Shown: positions 38,152 through 50,496 of the stretch, piece after piece
Layout: each line of letters opens with the position of its first letter
Position numbering within the stretch: the stretch's first letter is position 1
Assembly (NCBI GenBank): GCA_028826165.1
Contig: JAPDFW010000081.1
Span: forward strand, 372,001 to 436,000
Length of the DNA stretch: 64,000 nucleotides
Direction: 5' to 3'
Origin: Anaeramoeba ignava BMAN
Taxonomy: Eukaryota > Protista > Anaeramoebae
Made by a program: the position numbers and the translations under genes
The notes under the pieces: generated by a model
What the model was told of the DNA's origin: nothing
Database searches by the model: none
The model's input: only the letters and a program-made list of their open reading frames with translations

Positions 38152-41100
38152 TTAAAATTTTTTTTCTTCTAAAATATATTTTTTGATTAATTTTTTCGTT
38201 ATTTTCTTTAAATAATTTATCACTCTATCCTTTGATTGTTCAATAATTTCATTCAAATTTTCATATTCTCTTTTAAAATTAATAAGAATATCTAAAATAA
38301 AATTTTGATGAATTTGATCAATTTTTTCTTCTGAAAAATTTCTTCCAATTTTCGAAATAACTAAATTAAATCAAATATAAATCAAATTTAAATCAATTTT
38401 ATATCAATTTTAAATCAAATTTAAATCAATTTTATATTAATTTTAAATTAATTTTAAATAAATTTTAAATCAATTTTATATTAATTTTAAATCAATTTTA
38501 AATCAATTTTAAATCAATTTTATATCAATTTTAAATTAATTTTATATCAATTTTAAATCAATTTTATATTAATTTTAAATCAATTTTATATCAAATTTAT
38601 ATTAATTTTATATCAATTTTATATCAATTTTAAATCAATTTTAAATCAATTTTATATCAATTTTATATCAATTTTAAATCAATTTTAAATCAATTTTATA
38701 TCAATTTTATATTAATTTTAAATTAATTTTAAATTAATTTTAAATCAATTTTAAATCAATTTTATATTAATTTTATATCAATTTTAAATCAATTTTATAT
38801 CAATTTTATATCAATTTTATATCAATTTTAAATCAATTTTAAATCAATTTTATATCAATTTTATATTAATTTTAAATCAATTTTAAATTAATTTTAAATC
38901 AATTTTATATTAATATTAAATCAATTTTAAATCAATTTTAAATCAATTTTATATCAATTTTATATCAATTTTATATCAATTTTAAATCAATTTTAAATCA
39001 AATTTATATCAATTTTAAATTAATTTTATATTAATTTTATATCAATTTTAAATCAATTTTAAATCAATTTTAAATCAATTTTAAATCAATTTTATATCAA
39101 TTTTATATCAATTTTATATCAATTTTAAATCAATTTTATATCAATTTTATATCAATTTTAAATCAATTTTATATCAATTTTAAATCAATTTTATATCAAT
39201 TTTAAATCAATTTTAAATTAATTTTAAATCAATTTTATATTAATTTTAAATCAATTTTAAATCAATTTTAAATCAATTTTAAATCAATTTTAAATTAATT
39301 TTATATCAATTTTATATTAATTTTAAATCAATTTTATATCAATTTTATATTAATTTTTATATCAATTTTATATTAATTTTTATATCAATTTTATATCAAT
39401 TTTATATCAATTTTATATCAATTTTAAATCAAATATAAACCAAATATAAATCAATTTTATATCAATTTTATATCAATTTTAAATCAATTTTAAATCAATT
39501 TTATATTAATTTTAAATCAATTTTAAATCAATTTTATATTAATTTTAAATCAATTTTAAATCAATTTTAAATCAATTTTAAATCGATTTTAAACCAAATA
39601 TAAATCAAATATAAATCAATTTTATATCAATTTTAAATCAATTTTATATCAATTTTATATCAATTTTAAATCAATTTTATATCAATTTTAAATCAATTTT
39701 ATATCAATTTTAAATTAATTTTAAATTAATTTTATATTAATTTTAAATCTATTTTAAATCAATTTTATATCAATTTTATATCAATTTTATATTAATTTTA
39801 AATTAATTTTAAATTAATTTTAAATCAATTTTAAATCAATTTTATATTAATTTTAAATCAATTTTAAATCAATTTTAAATCAATTTTAAATCAATTTTAA
39901 ATCAATTTTAAATCAATTTTAATTCAATTTTAAATCAATTTTAAATCAATTTTAAATCAATTTTATATCAATTTTAAATCAATTTTAAATCAATTTTAAA
40001 TCAATTTTATATCAATTTTAAATCAATTTTAAATCAATTTTAAATTAATTTTATATCAATTTTAAATTAATTTTATACTATTAGTTAATCTTTGATTTGT
40101 AATAAAAGAATCTAATTCAATAAACATGCTCTTTGTTTCTTCATTTATTCCTGAATCATTTAATATTTTTGTTAAATAATAATTTTCAGTCAAATTATAT
40201 TTTCTTTCTTCAAAATCAGGAATTTTTTTCTTAATAGCAACTCTAAAGAAATTTTTGAATAAAGGTAAATAAATAGATTCATTTCCTTTTATAACAACTC
40301 CTTCAGCTTTATTATCATCCAAATTTTTAAATCCAAGTTTTGTGGAAATTTGTGATTGAAATCCAATAGGATAATTTATTGCTTCATCAAATGATCCTTC
40401 AAATAATATTTCTGCATGAAAAAGTCCAACTGATTCAAATATTTTAACAGATTCTGTATATTTTAGAAAAGTTAACTCATTTTTCTGTCTTTTTTTTGTT
40501 AACATATTTTCAATTATTTTTATATTTTCAATAAATTGTTTTTTTCTTTGATTTTGATTTTGATTTTGATTTTGATTTTGATTTTGATTTTGATTTTGAT
40601 TTTGATTTTGAATTTTATTTTGATTTTGATTTTGATTTTGATTTTCAATTTGATTTTGATTTTGATTTTGATTTTGATTTTGATTTTGATTTTGATTTTG
40701 ATTTTGATTTTGATTTTGATTTTGATTTTGATTTTGATTTTCAATTTGATTTTGATTTTGATTTTGATTTTGATTTTGATTTTGATTTTGATTTTGATTT
40801 TGATTTTGATTTTGATTTTGATTTTGATTTTGATTTATATTTTGATTTTCATTTTCATTTTGAATTTGATTTTCATTATTAAATTTGATTCCAATATCAA
40901 AAGCATAAAATTCAATTTCTGGTGAATAATAAATTCCAATTTGAACAGGTGAAATGAAACTTTTTGAAGATATTGTTGGATAAAATCCTCCAAATAATTC
41001 TCCATAAATATAAACATAAGCAATATTTTGGAATTTCTTTTTCAAAATCTAATTTGATAAATATAAGAATAAGAATAAAAATCATTTCAAATAACAAAAA

Positions 41101-41470
41101 AAAATCTGATTGATTTTGTTTTCTAAAATTTGGAAATACTTGATAAATATTAAATATTTTTTGGATAATATTTGGATCCAAATTTTTATAATTAAAAAAA
41201 TCTTCATTTTCATTTAAAAATTCTCCTCTTTTTGCAAAACGAATATTATTTCCATCAGTAACAATACAAAAATTAGATCCATGAACTTTTTCTGTCACAA
41301 TCTTTTATGAATAATTAATATTATTATTGAAAAATTATTTAAATTATTTTAATATTCATTTTAATATTCACCCAAGTAGTTTTATCAATTTCATCTTTAT
41401 ATTCTTTTAATTTTGAAATAAAATTTTCATCTAAAACTTGTTCATAAGGATAAAAAATTGGAAATTCCAT
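38152..41470 (-). CDS. Rnl2-family ATP-dependent RNA ligase, 4 exons
   Basis: W|IVTEKVHGSNF (I), FAKR (Ia), YGELFGG (III), FYAFDI (IIIa), EGVVIK (IV), IKKKIPDFEE (V). C-domain FITNQRLTNIISKIG is formed across intron 38361-40078. Confidence 0.9.
38365..40075. repeat. Intronic 11-bp repeat AAATCAATTTT / ATATCAATTTT
   Basis: Tandem copies directly visible. Confidence 0.92.
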
Positions 41471-41584
41471 TTAAAAAAAATGAAAAATGAAAAATGAAAA
41501 ATGAAAAAAAATAAAATTCAAAATTATTTTTTTCATTTTTTTCATTTTTAAAAAAAGAAAATAAATCAAAACAAATTTATAAAA

Positions 41585-42386
41585 ATGTTTTTTTATGAGA
41601 AATTTCAACCAAAAATTGAAGTAATTCAAAAAGAAAATGAAAAGAAATTGCAAGAACAAGAAAAACCTTTTTCAATTCCACAAGAAACAACAAGAAATAT
41701 GTTAACAAGTGAAACAATTCCAAAAACTTTACAAATGAATTTATTTATTTATGTTTTCAAACCACAATTAATTGTAAAAAATTAATTAAAATTCATTTTA
41801 AAATTAAAATTCATTTATAAAATTAAAATTAAAATTAAAATTAAAATTCATTTATAAAATTAAAATTAAAATTAAAATTAAAATCAAAATTCATTTCAAA
41901 ATTAAATTAAATTAGAAATCTTTAGAATTTGTTCAAAAAACTCAAAAAGAAAAATCACTTTTTTATAGTGTTTTAGAAGATAAAAAAAAACAATTTAATT
42001 TAATTGATAAATATTCAATTTGGAATTCTTTTAGTTCTTCAATAAAAAGAAATTTGAATAAAAAATTATTATCAGGAACTTCTTCAAATGTTATCAATAG
42101 TTCACTTGTTTATTTATTTGGTTTATCTTCTTCTTTATTCATTCAAAATCCTAATTTAGAATTTTATAGTCAAAATTATGAAAATTTTAAATTGAAAAAA
42201 TTAACTCAAATTATTTCAACTGATTTTAAATATAGTTTAAAGAAATTTTGGTTTGAATTGATTTTCCAAAAACCTGTTTCTGATTTAGATTCAATAACTC
42301 AATTTATTCATGAAATGAAACACAAATTTAATGAAGGTTGGAATCTTGCTGAAAAAATGGAAAGAGAAACAATGAATCAAAACTAG
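41585..42386 (+). CDS. Hypothetical protein, 2 exons (41585-41772, ~41916-42386)
   Basis: AAAATG start, upstream TCATTT motifs, and a GT-AG intron giving a continuous frame of about 220 aa. No recognised motif. Confidence 0.7.
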
Positions 42387-42399
42387 AAGAATTTTATTT

Positions 42400-42890
42400 C
42401 TTTTCTTTTCTTTTCTTTTCATTTCTTCTTTTAAATTTTGAATTGAATTAAAAAATGGAATTTGATTTCTTTTCTTTTTCTTTTAAATTTTGAATTGGAT
42501 TAAAAAATGGAATTTGGTTTCTTTTCTTTTCTTTCTTTTCTTTTCTTTTCTTTTTCTTTTCTTTTGAATTGATTAAAAAAATGGAATTTGGTTTCTTTTC
42601 TTTTGAATTTTGAATTGATTAAAAAAATGGAATTTGGTTTCTTTTTCTTTTGGAATTTTGAATTGGATTAAAAAATGGAATTTTGTTTCTTTTCTTTTCA
42701 TTTCTTTTATTTCTTCTTTTAAATTTTGAATTGGATTAAAAAAATGGAATTTGGTTTCTTTTCATTTCTTTTCATTTCTTTTCATTTTATTTCTTTTAAA
42801 TTTTGAATTGATTAAAAAATGGAATTTGATTTCTTTTCTTTTCTTTTTCTTTTTTTTTGAATTGATTAAAAAAATTTTATTTCTTTTTGG
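42400..42890. repeat. Intergenic minisatellite, about 7-8 copies of TTTTGAATTGGATTAAAAAATGGAATTTGGTTTC separated by pyrimidine tracts
   Basis: Directly visible. Confidence 0.85.
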
Positions 42891-42935
42891 AATTTTGTTT
42901 TTCATTTTTTTTTAATCTTTTTTTTATAAAAATAA

Positions 42936-45900
42936 ATGAAAAAAGTAAAAAAAATAGGTAATTATAATTTAATTAAAGTGATTGGCTCAGGAGCAACAGG
43001 AAAAGTAAAACTAGGTGAACACATTGAAACAGGAGAAAAAGTAGCAGTAAAAATTATACCCAGAGTTGATTCAATTCAATCAATAACAACAAAACAAGGA
43101 AAAAAATTACAATCACAAAGAGAAATTACAGTTTTGAAACTTTTAAATCATCCAAGCATTTTGAAAATATGCAATATTTATGAAACAAAACAACATATTT
43201 TTATTGTGATGGAATATATGGAAAATGGAGAATTATTCGATTATTTAGTTAAAAAGCAATTTATTATGAATAGTGAAGCTCTTTTAATTTTCCAGCAATT
43301 AATTTATGCACTTGAGTATTGTCATAATCATTTTATTTGTCATCGTGATTTAAAATTAGAAAATATTCTTCTTGATAAATTTGGAAATGTGAAAATTGGT
43401 GATTTTGGAATGGTTGGATTTCTCAAAAATTCTTCTTTGTTGAAAACTTTTTGTGGTTCTCCTCAATATGTAGCACCTGAAATAATTGAAGTATATTGAT
43501 ATAAATATTATTTAATTCAAAAATATTTAATTTATAAATATTTAATTTATTAATATTTAATTTAAAAATATTTAATTTATAAATAATTAATTCATAAATA
43601 TTTAATTTATAAATATTTGATTTATAAATATTTAATTTATAAATATTTAATTTATAAATATTTGATTTATAAATATTTAATTTATAAATATTTAATTTAT
43701 AAATATTTAATTTATAAATATTTAATTTATAAATATTTAATTTATAAATATTTGATTTATAAATATTTAATTTATAAATATTTAATTTATAAATATTTAA
43801 TTTATAAATATTTAATTTATAAATATTTAATTTATAAATATTTAATTTATAAATATTTAATTTATAAATATTTAATTTATAAATAATTAATTTATAAATA
43901 TTTAATTCAACAATATTTAATTTATAAATATTTAATTTATAAATATTTAATTTATAAATATTTAATTTATTAATATTTAATTTATAAATATTTAATTTAT
44001 AAATATTTAATTTATAAATATTTAATTTATAAATATTTAATTTATAAATATTTAATTTATAAATATTTAATTTATAAATATTTAATTTATAAATATTTAA
44101 TTTATAAATATTTAATTCATAAATAATTAATTCATAAATATTTAATTTATAAATATTTAGTTTATAAATATTTAATTTAAAAATATTTAATCTATTAATA
44201 TTTAATTTATAAGTATTTAATTTATAAATATTTAATTTAAAAATATTTAATTTAAAAATATTTAATTTATAAATATTTAATTCAAAAATATTTAATTTAT
44301 TAATATTTAATTTATAAGTAATTAATCCAAAAATATTTGATTTATAAGTAATTAATCTAAAAATATTTAATTCATAAATATTTAATTTATAAATAATTAA
44401 TTTATAAATATTTAATTTATAAATATTTAATTTATAAATATTTAATTTAAAAATATTTAATCCAAAAATATTTAATTCATAAGTATTTAATTTATAAATA
44501 TTTAATTTATAAATATTTAATTTATAAATATTTAATTCAAAAATATTTAATTCAAAAATATTTAATTTATAAATATTTAATTCATAAGTATTTAATTTAT
44601 AAATATTTAATTTATAAATATTTAATTCATAAGTATTTAATTTATAAATATTTAATTTATAAATATTTAATTTATAAATATTTGATTTATAAATATTTAA
44701 TTTATAAGTATTTAATTTATAAATAATTAATTCAAAAATATTTAATTTATAAATAATTAATTTATAAGTATTTAATTTATAAATATTTAATCCAAAAATA
44801 TTTAATTTAAAAATATTTAATTTATAAGTATTTAATTTATAAGTATTTAATTTAAAAGTATTTAATTTATAAATAATTAATTCATAAATATTTAATTTAT
44901 AAATATTCAATTCAAAAATATTTAATTTATAAATATTTAATTCATAAATATTTAATTTATAAATAATTAATTCATAAATATTTAATTCATAAATATTTAA
45001 TTTAAAAATATTTATTATATTAAAGGGAAAAGAATATGATGGTACAAAATCGGATATTTGGAGTTGTGGTGTTATCCTTTATATTTTACTTGTTGGAAAA
45101 TTACCTTTTGAAGGACAAAATACTCAATCAATTCTCCAAAAAATAATGGAAGAAGAATTAGAATTCCCAGAAAATTTCCCAATTCATCAAGAAGAATTAT
45201 TGAAAGGAATGTTAATGAAAGAACCTGAAAAAAGATACTCAATTGATCAAATTAAAAAAAACACTTGGTTTTGTTCAAACTTCCCTCTTGGATTTGTTCC
45301 ACCTTCTGCAGTTTTAAGACAAAGATTTATTCGACCAATTCTTAATAAAACTATTAGTAATCAAGTTCTTCTTGAATTGAAAACATTTGGTTGGGATGAA
45401 ACAAATATTAGAGACCAATTAAAAAAAGAAGAACCAAATATGGAAAAGATTTTTTATATTTTATTTTATAGAAAATTTAAAAAAAAATTAAAAGGTGTAA
45501 TCAAAAAGGATCAAAATTCCCAAGAAAAAGAAAAAGAACATGAAAAAGAAAAAGATGATAATGATGATGATGAAAAAAATTCTATTAAGAAATTACGTCT
45601 TGAAAATAGAAGTTTGAAATTAATTTTTTAATTTTTATTCCAAAAACAAAATCAAAAAAAATTCAACTTTGATCATTTTTTTTGATTTCGAAAGAATTAA
45701 AAAGATCAAATAGTAATTATCAATCTTATTCGAATGATTTTACAAATGAACTTTTTTGGATTCACAATGGTAAATTTCCAATTACATGAAATGAAATAAA
45801 ATCAAAAAATAAATACAAAAATAAATACAAAAATAAACACAAAAATAAACAGAGAAAGAAAAAGAAAAAGAGAAAGAGAAAGAGATTGAAAAAGAGAAAA

Positions 45901-46430
45901 AGAGATCACAAAATTCTTCCAAAAATCCAGTTCAAATTCAATTACAAAAAAAATCAAAAACTCAAAGCAAAATAAAAATTAAATTAAAAAAAGAACCAAA
46001 AACAACATATCAATGGTTTAGTAACGATTTAAATAGAAGAAGAGGTCAAAATAAAAAAAGAAAAACTCCATTTCAGAATTGTGAACTTCAATATCATAAA
46101 AAATTTATTCAATCAAAACAATTTCAAATGGAAAACTTAAACAAGTCATTCTCAAAAAATCATAAAGTGAGTGTGAAAACTAAAAAAGAAATTATGTTTA
46201 TTATGTTGCAGTGCCAAATTGTTCTAAATAAATATGGGTTTGAATGGAAATTCCCAAATATTTTCACTTTGAAGGCAAGAAGAAGAGGATTGAAAATTAG
46301 ATTCAAAATTACAAAATCAAGTATTTCTTCATCAGATTCAGAAAAAGAACTTTATTTCATTTATAAAAGAGGTGAACCAATTGAATTTATTCAAATTTGC
46401 AATCAGTTTGTTGATCAAATGATTATTTAA
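42936..46430 (+). CDS. CAMKL (BRSK/AMPK-like) Ser/Thr kinase with UBA-like and KA1-like regions, 4 exons
   Basis: GSGATGKV, VAVK, HRDLKLEN, DFG, TFCGSPQYVAPE, YDGTKSDIWSCGVILY. C-terminal YKRGEPIEFIQIC is KA1-like. Confidence 0.92.
43500..45015 (+). repeat. Intronic 15-bp repeat AATTTATAAATATTT
   Basis: Tandem copies in kinase intron 1. Confidence 0.92.
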
Positions 46431-46504
46431 TTAAAACAGTTCTTTTCTTTCTTTCTTAATAAAAATTTTTTCATTTAATTTTGATTTTAAATTTAATTTT
46501 AATT

Positions 46505-48313
46505 TTAATTTTGATTATTAAATTTTTTAATTAATAAATCAAATAAATTTGGATTTGTTTCATTTAATTGAAAATAATCAATTCCAATTTCAATTTCATT
46601 GATGATTTGTTGTGTAATTTGAATTTCATCTTTAATTTGATTTGAATAAATCCAATATTCAAATATTTCAAATGATTTATCACTTAATTCACTATAATCT
46701 GTAACTTTATTAGATTTATCATTTGTTACAGATAAAAACATTCCTCGATATAATTCACTTCTCATTATTAATATTAATTTTGGAAATTTATATTGTTTTT
46801 CTTTTCTTTCAATTATAAAATCTTTTTCATTTTCATTTTCATTTTCATTTAAATAAATTCTTTTCATTGTTTCTTCAATTTTTTCATTGGAATTTATAAT
46901 TTCTTTAATTTCAGAATATAATTTTGGATTTATTATTCTGTTTGAATAAATCATTTCAAATATTTGATTTGATTCTTTAACTGATTTATTTGAAATAATT
47001 TCTTGAAGTTTTTCAATTTCATTTTGATTTAATCTATATTTTAATATTAATTTATGAGCTTTGATTATTTCTCCATTTTTGGTTTTAAATGAAATATCAC
47101 AAAATTCTTTTCTTTCAAATAATTTTATCAAATCTTCTTCAAGATTGGAAAAAGAAGGAGGAGAATAATAAAGAAATGAATTGTAATATCCACAAGAAAT
47201 ATGATAATTGGAAATATCTTCATCGAATCTTAATTCAGGAAGTTCAATTTGAATTGGAATTCTTTGTTTTTTTGTATCTCCAGTTCCTAATTGGCCATAT
47301 GAATTATATCCAAATCCTATTAATTTTGAATTGGAAGTTAAAATCAAAGTATGTCCATTTCCAACAGAAAAATCAATAATATTATCATCATTTTCAAATA
47401 AAGATGATTTGATTTCAGTAAATTCATAAGTATAGCTATTTTCATCTTTGCCAAGTCCATTAAATCCAGAATATCCACATGAATAAAGTTTTCTTTTTGG
47501 ATTTTCATTTTCATTTTCATTTTCAATCAACATTATTGAATAAGAATATCCACATTGAATATCAATTATTTTACCTTTTGAAATATTTTGGATTTTGGTT
47601 AATTTTTGGATTTTTGTTTCTTCTTTTATTGATTCTCCTAATCCAAGTTGACCATGAAAATTATTTCCGCATGTAAATAATTCTTGATTTGAATTTAAAA
47701 GAAAAACATGATAAGAAGCATTTCCTGAAAATATTTTAGAAACATTTTTCATCATTAAAATTGGTTTTTCTGTTTTATAAAGTGTTTTAGAATCAAAACC
47801 AAGTTGACCTAATTCATTTAAACCAATTCCATAAGCATTTTGATTTGAAGTTAATAAGTAAATTGAATGATAACCAGAAACAATATCTTCAATTATTCTA
47901 TCATTTGTATCTTTAATTAATGATGAAATATTGATAAATTCATTTGGATTTTTTGAATTAATATATTCTCCTTTGGCAAATACATTTCCTTCTATTGTTA
48001 AAATAGCTTCATTTTGAACACCAACAGTTACTTTTTGAATATTTTCTTCAATTTGGATTTTTGAAGGATTTTGATTTGAATAATTTTCTTTTAAATATTC
48101 TATTGCTTTTCCATTTTTAAAAAGCAAAATTGTTGAATAATTTCCTGATGAAATTTGTATAATTTGTTTTTCATTTTCATTTTCATTTTCATTTTCATTT
48201 TCATTTTCATTTTCATTTTCGAATTTAAATTGAATTGGTTTTATTATTTTATTTGGTTCATTTTTGATAAGTTTTGGGTTTTGATTTAAACCAAAAAATA
48301 AAATTTCATTCAT
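46505..48313 (-). CDS. RCC1-repeat plus double-BTB protein, copy A
   Basis: GxNxxGQLG repeats, GHTLILT, AHKLILKYR, MRSELYRGMFLSV. Confidence 0.92.
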   Translation of the reverse strand: MNEILFFGLNQNPKLIKNEPNKIIKPIQFKFENENENENENENENENEKQIIQISSGNYSTILLFKNGKAIEYLKENYSNQNPSKIQIEENIQKVTVGVQNEAILTIEGNVFAKGEYINSKNPNEFINISSLIKDTNDRIIEDIVSGYHSIYLLTSNQNAYGIGLNELGQLGFDSKTLYKTEKPILMMKNVSKIFSGNASYHVFLLNSNQELFTCGNNFHGQLGLGESIKEETKIQKLTKIQNISKGKIIDIQCGYSYSIMLIENENENENPKRKLYSCGYSGFNGLGKDENSYTYEFTEIKSSLFENDDNIIDFSVGNGHTLILTSNSKLIGFGYNSYGQLGTGDTKKQRIPIQIELPELRFDEDISNYHISCGYYNSFLYYSPPSFSNLEEDLIKLFERKEFCDISFKTKNGEIIKAHKLILKYRLNQNEIEKLQEIISNKSVKESNQIFEMIYSNRIINPKLYSEIKEIINSNEKIEETMKRIYLNENENENEKDFIIERKEKQYKFPKLILIMRSELYRGMFLSVTNDKSNKVTDYSELSDKSFEIFEYWIYSNQIKDEIQITQQIINEIEIGIDYFQLNETNPNLFDLLIKKFNNQN

Positions 48314-48678
48314 TTTTGAAAAAGAAAAAAAATGAAAAAATGATTTTTGGAATTTTAATTTTAATTTTAATTTTGATTTTGATTTTAATTTTGATTTTAA
48401 TTTTAATATTAATTTTGATTTTAATTTTAATTTTAATTTTAATTTTAATTTTAATTTTAATTTTAATTTTAATTTTAATTTTAAATTTTAATTTTGATTT
48501 TAATTTTAATTTTAATTTTAATTTTAATTTTAATTTTAATTTTAATTTTAATTTTAATTTTGATTTTAATTTTAATTTTAATTTTGATTTTAATTTTGAT
48601 TTTAATTTTAATTTTAATTTAAATTTTGATTTTGATTTTAATTTTAATTTAATTTTAATTTTAATTTTAATTTTAATT

Positions 48679-50496
48679 TTAATTTTGATTATTAAATTTC
48701 TTAATTAATAAATCAAATAAATTTGGATTTGTTTGATTTAATTGAAAATAATCAATTCCAATTTGAATTTCATTGATGATTTCTTGTGTAATTTCAATTT
48801 CATCTTTAATTTGATTTGAATAAATCCAATATTCAAATATTTGAAATGATTTATTACTTAATTCACTATAATCTGTAAGTTTAATAGATTTATCTTCAGT
48901 TACAGATAAAAACATTCCTCGATATAATTCACTTCTCATTATTAATATTAATTTAGGAAATTTATATTGTTTTTCTTTTCTTTCAATAATAAAATCTTTT
49001 TCATTTTCATTTTCATTTTCATTTAAATAAATTCTTTTCATTGTTTCTTCAATTTTTTCATTTAAATTTATAATTTCTTTAATTTCAGAATATAATTTTG
49101 GATTTATTATTCTGTTTGAATAAATCATTTCAAATATTTGATTTGATTCTTTAATTGATTTTTTTGAAATAATTTCTTGAAGTTTTTCAATTTGATTTTG
49201 ATTTAATCTATATTTTAATATTAATTTATGAGCTTCGATTATTTCTCCATTTTCAGTTTTAAATGAAATATCACAAAATTCTTTTCTTCTAAATAGTTTT
49301 ATCAAATCTTCTTCAATATTGGAAAAAGAAAAAGGAGAATAATAAAGAAATGATTTGTAATATCCACAAAGAATGTGATAATTGAAAATATCTTCTTTAA
49401 ATCTTAATTTAGGAAATTCAATTTGAATAGGAATTAATTTATATTTTGTATCTCCAGTTCCTAATTGGCCATATCTATTATTCCCGAATCCAATTAATTT
49501 TGAATTTGAAGTTAAAATCAAAGTATGAAGAGCACCAACAGAAAAATCAAGAATATTATCATCATTTTCAAATAAAGATGATTTGATTTCAGTAAATTCA
49601 TAAGTATCTTCATTTTTACTAAGTCCATTATATATCCAATCTCCACATGAATAAAGCTTTCTTTTTGGATTTTGATTTTCATCTTCATTTTCAATCAACA
49701 TTATTGAATGTATACTTCCACATTGAATATCAATTATTTTACCTTTTGGAATATTTTGGATTTTGGTTAATTTTTGGATATATTCTTTTTTTCTTGATTT
49801 TCCTAATCCAAGTTGACCATCATAATTATTTCCGCATCCAAATAATTTTTGATTTGAATTTAAAAGAAAAACATGATAAGAAGAATTTCCTGAAAATATT
49901 TTAGAAACATTTTTCATCATTAAAATTGGTTTTTCTGTTTCTTTAAGTGTTTCAGAATCAAAACCAAGTTGACCAAATTCATTTGAACCAATTCCATAAG
50001 CATTTTGATTTGAAGTTAATAAGTAAATTGATTTAGCTCCAGAAACAATATATTGAATTGTTCTATCATTTGTATCTTCAATTAATGATGAAATATTGAT
50101 AAATTCATTTGGGTTATTTGGATTAATATATTTTCCTTTTGCAAATACATTTCCTTCTATTGTTAAAATAGCTTCATTCTCAACACCAACAGTTACTTTT
50201 TGAATATTTTCTTCAATTTGGATTTTTGAAGGATTTTGTTTTGAATCATTTTCATTTAAATATTCTATTGCTTTTCCATTTTCAAAAAGGAAAATTGTTG
50301 AAAAATAACCTGATGAAATTTGTTTAATTTGTTTTTCATTTTCATTTTCAAATTCATTTTCATTTTCATTTTCAAATTCATTTTCATTTTCATTTTCATT
50401 TTCAAATTTAAATTGAATTGGTTTTGTTATTCTTTTTGGTTTATTTTTTATAAGTTTTGACTTTTCATTTTTACCAAAAAATATAATTTCATTCAT
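48679..50496 (-). CDS. RCC1-repeat plus double-BTB protein, copy B (tandem paralogue)
   Basis: Collinear with copy A. Start MNEIIFFG at 50496 inferred by homology. Confidence 0.92.
   Translation of the reverse strand: MNEIIFFGKNEKSKLIKNKPKRITKPIQFKFENENENENEFENENENEFENENEKQIKQISSGYFSTIFLFENGKAIEYLNENDSKQNPSKIQIEENIQKVTVGVENEAILTIEGNVFAKGKYINPNNPNEFINISSLIEDTNDRTIQYIVSGAKSIYLLTSNQNAYGIGSNEFGQLGFDSETLKETEKPILMMKNVSKIFSGNSSYHVFLLNSNQKLFGCGNNYDGQLGLGKSRKKEYIQKLTKIQNIPKGKIIDIQCGSIHSIMLIENEDENQNPKRKLYSCGDWIYNGLSKNEDTYEFTEIKSSLFENDDNILDFSVGALHTLILTSNSKLIGFGNNRYGQLGTGDTKYKLIPIQIEFPKLRFKEDIFNYHILCGYYKSFLYYSPFSFSNIEEDLIKLFRRKEFCDISFKTENGEIIEAHKLILKYRLNQNQIEKLQEIISKKSIKESNQIFEMIYSNRIINPKLYSEIKEIINLNEKIEETMKRIYLNENENENEKDFIIERKEKQYKFPKLILIMRSELYRGMFLSVTEDKSIKLTDYSELSNKSFQIFEYWIYSNQIKDEIEITQEIINEIQIGIDYFQLNQTNPNLFDLLIKKFNNQN

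Noticed and set aside
42400-42890. CRISPR-like repeat-spacer appearance
   Set aside because: Spacers are low-complexity T/C tracts of variable length, repeats are imperfect, the context is eukaryotic and there are no cas genes.
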